Shown: in pieces, positions 1 to 12,022 of the stretch
Layout of the letters: each line of letters starts with the position of its first letter
How positions within the stretch are numbered: position 1 is the first letter of the stretch
NCBI GenBank assembly: GCA_004764695.1
Contig: SMSO01000004.1
Span: 1,674,001 to 1,738,000 of the forward strand
Direction: 5' to 3'
Source of the DNA: Schizochytrium sp. TIO01
Lineage: Eukaryota > Protista > Bigyra: Labyrinthulomycetes
DNA length: 64,000 nt
The notes under the pieces: model-generated
Database searches by the model: none
What the model was told of the DNA's origin: nothing
Seen by the model: the letters and a program-made list of their open reading frames with translations, nothing else
Program-made: the position numbers and the translations under genes

Positions 1-79
1 GCTACCGGACGAACCATTGCAGAACGTGCGATCGATGACATATACCTCACCTTCATACCATAACAACTATGCGCAAATG

Positions 80-921
80 CAAACCTTTGGGGCACTATGA
101 CAGTTCTGCCTTGTTGTGATGCTTAAGTTGTCCCTGAACAAAGTATCTAGCCACTACGGAAACAGGTATTCAAGTCCGTTACACGGCAGAGTAAGTATCA
201 GGTTCATGAGAGCACAAGGCTTTGACAAAACAAAGAAGCCCCAATGTTCTCTATGAAGAGATCCTTCCTTCTGCAATATGCTTTTCAACTCAAGCCATCG
301 GTCCATCGGTAAGGAAACATGGATAAGAAAGAATGAGCTTGTTAAACCTCACTTGTACTTTCCTAGCGGGAAGCTCAGCTCTAAATCTAGATTTATGGAA
401 GTATTCAAAAGAAATCCATGCGGAGGCTGCTGCAAGTGTGCTGAGAGATGAATCTGGTCAGGTAGAGGTTGACTGTTAGGATGAGGGTAAGAGGTTTCAT
501 AAAGGTTCTAAGGAGGCATCATAAGGCATGCTAAGCTATAGCTTTCATGAGTTAGATATCTGCTGACCTTGGGATCCAGACTGTTTTAGTTGTCATTATG
601 AGACTTTAGGAGACTAAGACAACCTTGAACTGTGTTTGATATAATAGATGAGCTTATGTTAACTCGTCTCATTAAATATCAATTCAGATTCCAATTTGAT
701 TCAAGGGAATGTGTGCATAATTTTTTTTTATTGATTTCTCAACCTGGTTGTATAGTTTTATTCTATTGTAAACCCAATACCCATGAGATCTTACGTAGGG
801 ATGCCTAAAACTCTCGCAATTTCTTGTAAACTAGTTCCTTCGACTGAAGATCTCGGCAAAGTGAGGCAACATTTTGCCTGCCCAGTCCTTTGACACCAAA
901 GCGAGGGTTTTAATTTCAGCA
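80..921 (-). mobile_element. Older degenerate copy of the same LTR family, interrupted by copy A
   Basis: Terminus TTTCAGCA at 914-921 (reverse complement TGCTGAAA). After removing copy A, motifs at ~370-401 (AAGCTCAGC...ATCTA...ATGGAAG) and ~287-297 (CAACTCAAGC) fall at the same offsets as in copies A and D. The left boundary is estimated from element length. Confidence 0.5.
439..858 (+). mobile_element. Solo LTR-like element, copy A (420 bp)
   Basis: Begins TGCTGAGAGATG and ends CTAGTTCCTTCGACTGAAGATCTCGGCA (TG...CA). Perfect 5-bp TSD AAGTG at 434-438 and 859-863. Both ends align with copies B, C and E. Strand is relative only, since U3-R-U5 direction is unknown. Confidence 0.85.
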
Positions 922-1079
922 TCAAATGAATTAGATTTGAGTTAGCTATCTGCATCGATTTGTTTATTAAACGTCTAGGCGATATTATCTTTTCGAGGTC
1001 TGCAGATACAACTAATGTTTTGTGTACGGAGTTATTGAAACGTCAGCACCACTCGTCTACGCAACAGTTCAGTTACAAT

Positions 1080-2450
1080 TAAGTCCAAACCTTTTGTGAT
1101 ATTTTTGTTGGAAATATAGCATCATCCCAACCAACAGAGGCACAATTAGGAGTATTAAGTTGCTACACATCAGCAAATGTTTGAAGTACGATATCTCTTG
1201 AAGCTTGCCTTGGGTTTCTATCTAATCCATGAACACTCAGATGTTTTAATTGCATAGCAATAAAGCAAATATCAAATGCAACGTCTGTCAGAGTGCTTTC
1301 TTTCTTGTACATGCTGTACTAGCCAATAGGAGCACAAATGTACCCTGATGTTGTATGTTTTTGCGCTCTAAATCTTTCAATGTGACAATTGCACTCAGCG
1401 AATGAAACGTTACAAATATTGTGCGTTTGATTCGTTTTTAAAACAATATGCTTCGGTATTTGATGAATCAAGCGCCCTTTTATTGGGCATTACTTTCATT
1501 TGATTAGCTGAGCTATAAAGGAATCCACTCATGGTTGCCAGGATTTGATGGTGGGCTAGGGTGAAACTATGACCGGCCAGCATTCCTAAGATAAATACAA
1601 AGCAAGATCAGGGAGACCAACCTATTCGCTGGAAGGATACATTATAGGCTGCAAAGGTCATCAGCCTAAAAGTAGCAACGGCAATACTCGAGCCCAGAGT
1701 CATCATCTGGGAGATAATTCGGTCAACGTGGATCGTAACAGAAGTAGAGCATGTCGATAAAACCAAACTGGGCGACGACACTAACATTCGTGATGATATC
1801 CATGCGCCAGATGTTTTATGAGTCTTTCGATCTAAGGAAACGAACTGTTTTCGAAAAAATGAGGGAGAACAAAATAAGTTTCTTCGATGTGGTGATCTGG
1901 TCCGAACAAACTACAAAAAAAGGAGTAGAAGGGCTCTCTGCTCCTTCTTAGAAAACCATATACAGAGTTTCAGGACAGTGTTAGTTATGAAGTGGTAGAA
2001 CACAAAATAACCCAAAAATCTTACCACATACATCGACGATCTTGTAGATGGATAGATGATGAATCATATAGTGAACCTGAAAACAGCTTCTCAGATGGTA
2101 AGCTGTAGTGTGTAGTGCAGTAGAAATCTTGTAAAGTGTGTTGCGAACAAATCTAGTTATTCGAGTAAATGTGTTACTCACGGCTTTCTCCTTCAAGATA
2201 CCCCCTATCGAGCTTTCTTCACTCCAGTCGCCACAAATCTCTATTTACCACCACCATATAGGAGATATATGTTTAGCTCGCATGTGTTGAGTGGGCTCAA
2301 GCCATTTGTTGGAGGCATCAGCAAGCTTATAATAAGGTTTGTCAACAAGAGAGCATCTTGAAATTACGCATTCGCAGGTGATGCTAGGAATACCTTTGAT
2401 GATGTTAGTCTCATAGATACTGTGAATGATGGTGAGCATCTGCAAAAACG
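1080..2450 (-). pseudogene. Possible decayed Ty1/copia pol relic (RT and RNase H fragments)
   Basis: Minus-strand CSLVDKPYYKLADASNKW (~2300-2360) resembles the copia RT motif CxLxKxLYGLKQAxxxW. About 1 kb downstream, KHTTSGYICAPIG*YS (~1315-1360) resembles copia RNase H RSTSGY...PISW. Order and spacing fit, but there are many stops and no clear YVDD. Confidence 0.3.
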
Positions 2451-2994
2451 ACTTATCGTTATCGAGCTTTGATCATAAAGGGAGACATATCTCTGACTGG
2501 GGATATGAAGCCAGAAGGGGAGGGTCACAATGTAGTAGTGGATGAGACACCTAAGCAGAGGACAATCTAGTCAAATCAAAGTAGGACAATAAAAGCAATC
2601 CATGCGTGAAGTCTGATACCTTACTGACGTAGCTGATGAGGTCCACTGTCGAATGACTCAGAACTCATTCTCAGACAATTAAGTATTGATATGCTAAGCG
2701 AATTATCATAAACAGTTCACGAATAATGTTAAAAACACTATACAGAAGATCCTACAATTCTATGTACTCTCTGGTTTGATGGATTTACTTGTATCAGAGT
2801 ATGCAAGCTTTGAATTAAGTTCAATAGAATTCCAACTCAGTTGTTTCGAAAGTTTTGAAACCTAAGAAATGATGTATTCAAAAAAAAAAATGGTTGAGGA
2901 GTTTACTATGTATCAAGCCCTTGAGCAAAAACAAGTCATGAGGTGAAATTGTAAACTTAGACTTTAGAGCAAACGATCTGTTGACCTTAGAGAT

Positions 2995-3411
2995 TGCTGA
3001 AAGATGTTTCTGATTAGCTTGACGAAGACTGTAAAGATGAAGGCCAGAAGCTTGATGAAGACTTTAAGAAGGTTGATGTAAGTGTTAGCGAACTGCTGTC
3101 CTAGAGAATGAATTCCAGGAAAGATGGATTCATGTAGTAATTAAGGAGATAAAGACATTCTTGTAAGTTGTTAAAGATAATCGATGAGGTTAGGTTAATT
3201 CAACCTCTAGAACCATCGATTCGAGTTACACCATGCTTTGATGTAAGTAATGTGTATTCACACTTCTAGTTCTTGGCACCGGCAGCCACATGAGTCTGGC
3301 TGCCTATTGTTGCTCTATTGTAAACCTTATGTCTACTGGGATTTCACAAAGGGACGCCAAGAACTCTAGCAATGTCTTGTCCACTAGTTCCTTCGATTGG
3401 GGATCTCAGCA
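2995..3411 (+). mobile_element. Solo LTR-like element, copy B (417 bp)
   Basis: TGCTGAAAGATG...GATTGGGGATCTCAGCA with 6-bp terminal inverted repeats TGCTGA/TCAGCA. Perfect TSD GAGAT at 2990-2994 and 3412-3416. Colinear with copies C and E. Confidence 0.92.
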
Positions 3412-3680
3412 GAGATGAATACCAACCTGGGCTTTGAGTTCATTGGTTTACGTGTTTAATTTTCTAGCTTTTGTCTTACATTATATTCATACTCTGCTGT
3501 ATCGAGAGCATAGATTTCACTGCTAAAATCTCTAATCAAAGGGACATGTGAAGAAGACATTGCTCGATTTATTGGCGTGTCATTACAAGTCCTGAATGAG
3601 TTTGATTTAGCAGAAAGATGTCCGAGCAGTAGAATGACTCGGTTTTTCATGAAAATTGCCATGAGAATTGCCATGGGAAA

Positions 3681-4097
3681 TGCTAAGATCTCCAATTGAA
3701 GGAACTAGTAGATAAGACATTGCTAAAGCTCTTGGTGTTCCTTTGTAAAACCCTCGTAGACATAGTGCTTACAGTAGAGCAAGAGTAGGCAGCCAGATTC
3801 AGTGGCTGCCAGAATCAAGGACCAAAAGTATGACTACTCACTATCTAAATCCAAGTATGCTGCAGCTTGAATCGATAACTGACGAGGTTGAATTAATCTA
3901 ACCCCATCAATAATCTCTAACACCGTTCAAGAATATCTTAGCCTCCCTAACTACTACATGAACTCATCTGTCCTGGAATTCATTTACCAGAACAGCAGTT
4001 CGCTACTCTCTTAAATCAATCTCCCTAAAGCCTTCATCAAGACTCTTGAAGTCATCTTCAAAGTCAACCTCAAGCTGACAAGAATCATCTTTCAGCA
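3681..4097 (-). mobile_element. Solo LTR-like element, copy C (417 bp, inverted)
   Basis: Reverse complement reads TGCTGAAAGATGATTCT...TTGGAGATCTTAGCA and is colinear with copy B. Flanks GGAAA (3676-3680) and GAAAA (4098-4102) form a TSD with one mismatch. Confidence 0.9.
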
Positions 4098-4465
4098 GAA
4101 AAATATCTGAGACAAAAGGATTCACGTATATCAATCATTGGGCCATCTGAAACTAAATGGTCCAGAAATTATCAGTTAAGAAAGCCAAACAAACTTTACT
4201 ATTAGTTGATTTGAATATCAGGATTGAAGGAGAACTAATCGAGAATAACAAATTGCCAGGACGAACTACTGAACCCGCCAGATGGTGCATATGATATACT
4301 CAATGGTGAGGCAACGCTCCCAAACCATGCTAGTAAATGAATGAATTTCAGAAACAATCTCTCTAGGAGACAGTATTCTTAGGAGAGACGCGGTTTAACT
4401 GAAGTTAGAAAAGCGTACACTTGGAAAAGATAAAGTTCAGAAGGATGTTTTAGTGAAGGTCCATG

Positions 4466-4872
4466 GGCTCTGAAATCTCCAATCGAAGGGATTGATGAAG
4501 AGAACCTTGTCAAAGTCCGAGGCATTCCATTATGAGGCATCGAGGATTCAGGACTTACATAGGAGAGTAAGTAGACAGCCATACTTGTGTGGGGTTGAGA
4601 AGCCACGAACCAAAAGTGTACATATACATAAGTATGGTTAGATCTAAATTGAAGTTTGAAAAGACCAGTCAACTCAAGCTCGTCAATTATGTCTAGCACA
4701 TATCAAGTATGTTTTCGTCTCCTGTTTATAACATTAATTAGCTTGCCTTGGAATATCATTGCATGAACAGCAGCTCGCTAACTCTTAGAGTCATATATTA
4801 TTACGCCTACCTTAAGCCTCTTTCCTTACTTTTCATAGTCAACCTGTAGCAGACCGAATTCATACCTCAGCA
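4466..4872 (-). mobile_element. Degenerate solo LTR-like element, copy D (~407 bp, inverted)
   Basis: Reverse complement starts TGCTGAGGTATGAATTCGGTCTGCTACAGGTTGACT, close to copy A. Internal GTTAGCGAGCTGCTG matches B and E. The other end TGAAATCTCCAATCGAAGG is eroded. Flanks CCATG and CCAAG are a possible TSD. Confidence 0.75.
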
Positions 4873-5373
4873 CCAAGTATAAAATGTGGTCGCAAATGTA
4901 ACCTCAAACATGGAATTAATACAAAAAAATAAGCTTTCATGTAACTCACTGATACTATAGAACGATTTGGGCAAGTTACAGAGGGGCGAAGAATGATTGT
5001 CAAGAGTCTCATACAGACTACTATACTGTCAAGACTACTTCTCCCGGGTATATTTGATTCTTATCGAGGTATGGTACAGACATTTAAACGAATTACACAA
5101 ATATAAAAGCTTTAATTTTCCGAAACAGCTTATTGAGAACAAGCAAGGTGATGAATAAGATGGTTCAGATTTAAAGAAAGATAGCATAAATGTCAGTTCC
5201 AGTATATTTCGCATTGCTTCGCAACATATAAATAGCGTGTGATGTAGTATAGAGCAAATTGCTGCTGGGTATGTACTTTTTGATATTCAGCACAACACTT
5301 TCTAACAAAGTCTGCATGAAAGTGGCCTGCTAAATTTGATCCAATTCTGACGCCAAGTATATTGTTCATGCAT

Positions 5374-5776
5374 TGCTGAAAGATAATTCTGGTCAGCTTG
5401 AGGTTGGCTGTAGAGATGAAGGCAAGGGTCTTGACGAAGGCGTTAAGAAGGTTTATTTTAAGAGTTAGCGAATTGTTGTCCAGGAAATGAATTCCAGGGC
5501 GGATTGATTCATGTAGTAATTAGGGAGATTAAGACATTCTTGAATGTTAGAGATGCTTGATGAGGTTAGGTTAATTCAACCTCTGCAACAATCGATTCAG
5601 GTCACACCATAATTGGATCTAGGTAATGTGTAGCCACACTTTTGGTTCTCGACTCTGACAGACACATGAATCTGGCTGTCTACTACTGCTCTATTGTCTG
5701 CGAGGGAATTACAAAGGGACGCCAAGAAGTCTAGCAACGTATTGTCCACTAGTTCCTTCGATTGGAGATCTCAGCA
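5374..5776 (+). mobile_element. Solo LTR-like element, copy E (403 bp)
   Basis: TGCTGAAAGATA...GATTGGAGATCTCAGCA. Perfect TSD TGCAT at 5369-5373 and 5777-5781. Colinear with copy B. Confidence 0.92.
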
Positions 5777-6219
5777 TGCATATCAGGCAACTTGACTTGT
5801 CTTAATAATGGTATTATCACTTTAAGCGCCTCTTTGGGTGAGTGGTGATGCTAAAATAGATAGTTCTATACCGGGGAGTTAGATTCTCAACATATATGAT
5901 TTATTACCACTAAAAAAAAAAACCAATTACTGATACCTTGAAAGCTCATTTAGAGTAGCCACAAAATTTGAATTGTATAGCAAGAGCATAGGCCAACGTT
6001 TTGACGAGGTTTAACGAAATTGATTGCAAATCAAGCAAGAACAAACAATCAGATTTATTATGTAAGATTATATGTTATTTCGCTTGAGGGGTAGCTTTTC
6101 CTTCAGGAATAAACACTTGAGCCATAAGGACATACTTTCAAATTGACTATCGGGTTATAAAATGGGATTTAGTCGTCCAAATGAGGCTAATTCCATTTTG
6201 ATATTAAATAAATATTTCT

Positions 6220-6400
6220 TGCTGAAAGCTAATCCCTGATCAGCTAGGCGTTGACTGGGACGGCGAAGGGAAAGAGCTTGAAATGCATCACAAGACTTAA
6301 CACGGGTTTTGTACACTAGGCAAAACAAGTAAGTATCTGCTGACCTTGGTGATGAACACTAGTTTGCATTCAAATTTGAAGATTAAGACAGACATAATCT
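6220..6400 (+). mobile_element. Truncated or degenerate fragment of the same LTR family
   Basis: Starts TGCTGAAAG, followed by TCAGCT..GTTGACTG..GAAGG. ATCTGCTGACCTTGG at ~6336 matches copy A ~558. No recognisable right end. Confidence 0.55.
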
Positions 6401-8919
6401 GTAATACACAGAACTCAAGGGGTTGGATTAGCGGTTTTCTCACCCACGGATTCAAGTTTGCTCCTATACAAGCCTTTGATGATATACTGCACTTTCACTC
6501 TTGAGTTCCCTCGGCCTCATACATACATTATTATTTGATAGTCTAGCTTCGAATTTAGGTCAGATGTTTGAGTGTTATCAACCGGTGGTGGAAGTTTTAG
6601 AAGTCTTTCTTATCGATTCGTTAAAAATAAATAAAAGGCTTGATAGCGTAGAAACTGAGAATCACAAGCTGGGAAATTAAAACCTGCAAGTAAAAGCGCT
6701 AATTAATTAATTAAATCCATTCATTTACTCGCTCACACATTTGCGGATACTTGAATATTGCTAGTTTCTCGATCGAGCGATGGGAATGAGTATTGGAGCG
6801 TTGAAATCACAGTGTATTCTATTACGTATTAAAAAGGAACCCCTTGCACGATAAGGAAAGGACTACTGGTGCTCTTTAGAGCTATACATTTATATAAAAC
6901 AATTAATCTGATGCCAAAATTCGATTTTCAGTAGATTGTTAGCTCCTATATCTATGACTTTTAGGTAGAGCTATTGTTGTCGATGCAGCCTGAAATTTTA
7001 TGTAAAGCTGAATCTGCTATTCCATCGTTAATATTAAAGTTACCTCCAGAAAGTTACAGGGGTGAAGCTAGAATCCTTATTTGCAGCAGAACATTAATAT
7101 TAGTAATGCAGTATGTCTACAAGTTTAGTCAATGGCAAACTATTGTTTAAATTCCAAATGTCAGATACATCAAGCTTCGAAATTTGGTTAAAATGGTTCC
7201 ATCAAACTGTCAGTCAATTACACCCTCTGAAGTGATGCATAAAACTATGAAATTCCTTCAACATAGTATGCGCTTCAAATAGCATCTTAGGCCATTCTTA
7301 CTGAGGATGTTCATCCCTCAATGAACTTGTCTATTCAAAAGCACCATATTGCCCCAAAAAAATTCTTTTTGAACTTTGATTGTAAATAAAATTCTTGCCT
7401 TTACTTTTGAAGGCATACTTCGCGATGAAATATCAAGAGTCGGCCAAAGGATTAGACTGATAGCCGCCATTTTCATTGTGATTTACTGATAGTCGTCAAT
7501 GTCGAAGGCGCGTGAAGCACATCATCAGCTTCATGCGATGAGAGGTGGTCTCCACTCTATGAAGAAATACCATTTTTGTATCAAAATTCTTGCCTCTCAT
7601 GGGCAGGCAGGGTGTGGGTTGTTTAGGGAAGCAAGCATAAAATAATTGTAACTGCTCTCACTAAATTTAGCGTCAATCTTATTTATTGACACTCAGCAAT
7701 TAACTAAGCCATCAGGAGCCAACTCCTCAGCACGATTTGCAAATAGGCCCTAGCTAGCATCTCACAATCCGAGAACAGAATCTGAGCCTAATGCAAGGTT
7801 GCTGCTTTGATTGCAGCTTCAATTTCTCCAGATGCAGAGATGCAGAAGAAAGTAGGATCTGCTTATTGCTTTCACAAGAAAAGCTTCGGGAAAGTATACC
7901 ATGCGACAGGATCACTAAACGACCTTTGAAACGTGTATAACATGTAGAGAACTACGTTGCTGACACTTGCATAGTTTTTGTGATGTCGGCTACTTCAAAA
8001 TTTCATATCTCAAGAGACCAAAGGGAACTTATCCTTGTTGGAATTCCATAGGTCAGATGATGGCTACGGCTCCTGCATTGGAAACACTGTAACAAATTTG
8101 AGCATTCTTTTGCCGCTTTGACCTCGGAATTAATCGCGGTTAAAACATTTTAATTATGAGGAACAGCAGAAATATTTATAACAGAGCGTATAGGTAGTAG
8201 GGTACTGAAGATGAAACCATGGAAACAGAAAAATATCGTGTGAATGCGCTCACCATTTAACTTACAAAAGCTGAGAGTATGAGGTTAGTTACGTGATAAT
8301 TTTAAATTGGGGGGAACTTGCGGACAAGATAGTGTCCATGTGCAGAGCAAAGTGAACCAATGATATATAAAAATTATAGTAAAAATGCAGCGTGCAGTTG
8401 AACTATCCTTTTTCACTCTCTCCCTGAGATGAACCATGAACCTCGGAAATTAAAAATAAATTCTATCTTTTATTTTATATATCCCCCAGACAAATGTTAT
8501 AATAGTTTTTTTAGGTTGTTTTAACTGCAGAGTTGTTTGCGAAAGGCTCGTCGCGTACTAACTACCACTTTGTACAGTCCACGACAGTTCCCTTATCTTC
8601 TCTCAATGTTAGAATAGGTCTTTACACCCAAAAGATAAGCTTGCCTTTGAACGAGAGACAGAGTGTAAAGTAGAAAATCATAAAAAAACCAAGCCCATCA
8701 AATCAAACAACGTTGGAAACATTTCACAGAATGATCAATTTGAGCAAATAAAAAACAGAAAAAGCAATAGTAGCCCTAGCAGTAGAGGTTCGCTTTTGGT
8801 ACCTCTATCTTCCTGGCTGAACCGCTTCATTCACTGTGGCTTATCTTTTCATCCAGCCTTTATATAGCATACTTACCACCATAAAAAATAAATCCACCAA
8901 TATGCAGCAAAAGCAAGCC

Positions 8920-8970
8920 TCTTCTTCTTCTTCTTCTTCATCATCATCATCATCATTATCATTATCATCA
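8920..8970. repeat. Compound trinucleotide SSR (TTC)n-(ATC)n-(ATT/ATC)n
   Basis: Read directly. It marks the start of the SSR-rich compartment. Confidence 0.9.
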
Positions 8971-9272
8971 GCGCACTTCCTTCTTCAACTCTTCAAAATT
9001 TAAGTCTCTGTTCTCGCTCATTCACTCACTCGCTCTCTTTCCTCAGTCTCTTTCTCCTTTCGCACTCTCACACACTCTCTCTGTGTGAGAAAGCTGGGCG
9101 GCCCCAGCTTTGTCGATTCACGGTGGGTGCATCTCCGCTGCCATCCTCCAAGAACCGACTTATCACGTTGTCGGAAGGCGACCGCAGCGCTATACAGCCT
9201 TCAGAAGTGTCGCTTCATAAGACAATCTAGGTGCCCACGATACCTGCAGCTTCGACTTCCTTCGGTTGAAGC

Positions 9273-9284
9273 AGTGAGTGAGCG

Positions 9285-9325
<41 letters not shown>

Positions 9326-9327
9326 GT
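9273..9327. repeat. (AGTG)/(AGCG) grading into (AG)~17
   Basis: Read directly. Confidence 0.95.
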
Positions 9328-10922
9328 GCGTGTTCTTCTCCAGAAGAGCCTTAAGAACCCGCTGCAAAGGCGCCATCTTCTATTACTTGATAACGGCGGG
9401 CGTAGCAGTTTAAAGCGGTGTATGGACGATGGGTGGTTTGGCGAAAAACAAACAAGCTTACGAAAACTCGTCGCGACCTTGCCGCATCAGGCTTGGGCAA
9501 CCTTCTTTTCCTTTGCTGAAGTACGAACCTCGTCTTTTACAGAACCTCGATGAAGTTCGGTTTCCTCATTTTGAGCAGGGCAGAGCAGGCCAGAGCAGAG
9601 CCTTTTTGATTCATCGTGAAAGCCGGCTTCGGCTAGAACTCTAAATCTTTCGCTCCTAGCGTTAGTGCGATGTGCCAATTTCTTTAGTCTCCACTCGTTC
9701 CAGGTGAACCTAAACTTAGAAGAACTTGCTCCAGTTCTGAGCGGCCACGCTGAGCAGCTTTCGTAGAGCCTCATTCCCCGACCCACTGCCAGTTCAATGC
9801 ACCCAGCGATCGATTGTACGCTGGATTAGCTAGATCCTCATTGTGCATACCGCTCTTTCAAAGCACACCGCTCGATTCTGAATCAACGGGGCCTCGTTCG
9901 ATTCTGAGTTCAAGACGGCAGATGATTATCAAGTCTGTCTTGCAATCTGCAAACTGCGTAATTGCATATTGTAGAATTGCAAATTGCAAATTGCAAAATT
10001 GCGAAAATACACATCAATATATACTTTGATGAAATCTGTTTGCAGTTCATGAAGCACGAACTTATTGTGCTATAAACAATGCAGGCATATAAAATGAATT
10101 CCCTCGAAGCTGCCCCGCTCCCGTGCCGCTGGCTCGCAGAGGCTGGCTGGCATTGCCAGAGCAATCTATCGATTTCGATTATTTCTGTGAGGTTTGGCCA
10201 TCTCCGACTCCTTCCCAACCTCGGAAGTTTTTGTAATTTAACAGCAGCGTGCCGAGCGATTCGTAAAGCAGAGTTGCAGGTACTGTCGGGCGAGAGGATT
10301 TCGGCGTCCGGCATTCCTGTCGTCTTCCGACTGAGAGCCAAGCAAGCGAAATAAACGACTCGAGTGTCTTCTCATTGATCTGTAGGGAGTGGGTTTTACA
10401 AGGCATTTATTTGCTGCACAACAAAGCCTGCAGCGTATGTATATACCTGAGTTTCCCTCGCATTTACTGGTTTAGCTAGCTTTCGAGTAGGTGCCACGGA
10501 ATGTGCTTGATAAAGATGTTTGCTCCGAAGTCATGGTGAAATGAATGAATGAATAAATGAAGCCTTGAGGAGGTGGGGGGGAGCCAAGTTGAGCCACAAT
10601 TCTTCTTCCGAGTTCGGAGTGAGTCCCGTGCGTCTTCACGAAATGGGCTGCCTTCGCAAATCGCTTCTCTCCTCATTGTGAGCCATACAGCCTACTAGAT
10701 TGTTGTGGTCTCGAAGATCATTCTGAAAAAAAAATAATAAAAAATATGGCTGGTTATTGTAAGACAACAGTTAAACAAAGAAAGCGTACGCATAGGTTCA
10801 AATTAAAAATTGAAATTAAAAATAAAAAGATCATTCGCTGCCAGTGAGCGGAAAGCCTTCATGAAAATTATAATTTAAAAGAAAGAAAGAACTTGAAAGA
10901 AGAAAATAAGTTTGAAATAAAT

Positions 10923-10999
10923 AACAACTAAACAACTAAACAACTAAACAACTAAACAACTAAACAACTAAACAACTAAACAACTAAACAACTAAACAA
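10923..10999. repeat. 8-mer tandem repeat (AACAACTA)9+
   Basis: Read directly, inside an AT-rich block. Confidence 0.95.
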
Positions 11000-11952
11000 A
11001 TAAAAGTTTAGTTGAAAGAGTAAGTAAATAAACAAAATAGAACACTTCATGCTGGTAGGTCTTGCAATAAAAATGCACTGAGGTAGAGTTCCTCTCATCG
11101 CAGGCAGCTCAAACATATTATTTATTTTTTCAATTCCTATTAACCCAAGCCATTTGGAGAAGCGCAGTGCCTACTTGGCTAGCAACTGCACCTTACTGCC
11201 GATCTAGCTAGTCAAACAAGAGCCCTTCAAGTTTTCATCCCTCACAAAACCGAACCTCACTCAGGTCGTACCTCGAATGGCTTCGTTCGTACGTTCGTAC
11301 GGAATACGTTCACACTCGCGCTGAGTCCGCCTTGAAGGGAGTGGCCGATTACTTATTTAGTCTGTCCTTCAATCCTTCGATTCCTTCGATTACCTTCGAG
11401 TCGGTCAGAGTTCCTCAAGATCGACCAAACTAGCTATAGCTGATATGCCAGTGATTGCGTGAGTGATTGCGTGAGTGAGTGAGTGAGTGAGTGAATGAAT
11501 GAATTAGTGGTTGAGTGAACGGTGCTCCGCTTTTAGAAGGTCGAACAAAGAAAGCCTTGCAAAGCGAAGAGATTAAGAACGAGCAGCGCTCATTCGAATG
11601 AATGCAGCAATTCAACTGGGTCCTTCGTACGCGTGGTGCTATGAAGCGTTAAGGCAGTCTTGTCGAGAGAGGGCGAACTTTGCGAGTCTTTGTTTGAGCG
11701 AGCTCGAGCTTCGCTGAGATTTGGCGGAAATAGTTTATTAAGCACTGCTGCTACTGACTGCTACTACTTCTCTTAACGCGGCCTTTCCGCAGCTCCGCGT
11801 CTCCGAAGCGTCTCGTTCCCACGTTGGGCCACTCTTAGTGCCGTTCTATCAATGCCTACAGGACACATGCCGTCTTTACGTCGGACAGAATCGGTCTAGA
11901 TTACAAAAGCGCTGCGGAGAGCTCGAAGAGAGAAGCATCAACTCGGATCCAC

Positions 11953-12022
11953 AACTAACCAACTATAACTAACTAACTAACTAGTTAACTGACTGACTAA
12001 CTAACTAACTAACTAACTAACT
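11953..12022. repeat. (AACT)n/(GACT)n compound SSR
   Basis: Read directly. Confidence 0.9.

Noticed and set aside
2995-5776. Copies B and E as the paired LTRs of one intact retrotransposon
   Set aside because: Each has its own distinct TSD, they are clearly diverged, and the interval contains other LTR copies rather than gag-pol.
7700-7880. Minus-strand peptide SASGEIEAAIKAA...ILFSDC resembling retroelement RNase H
   Set aside because: The similarity is too weak and interrupted by stops to call without a profile search.
10923-10999. (AACAACTA)n as a telomeric repeat or CRISPR array
   Set aside because: It is short and internal, lacks G-runs on the other strand, and has no spacers or cas genes. 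No CRISPR-like repeat-spacer structure was seen anywhere in the window.
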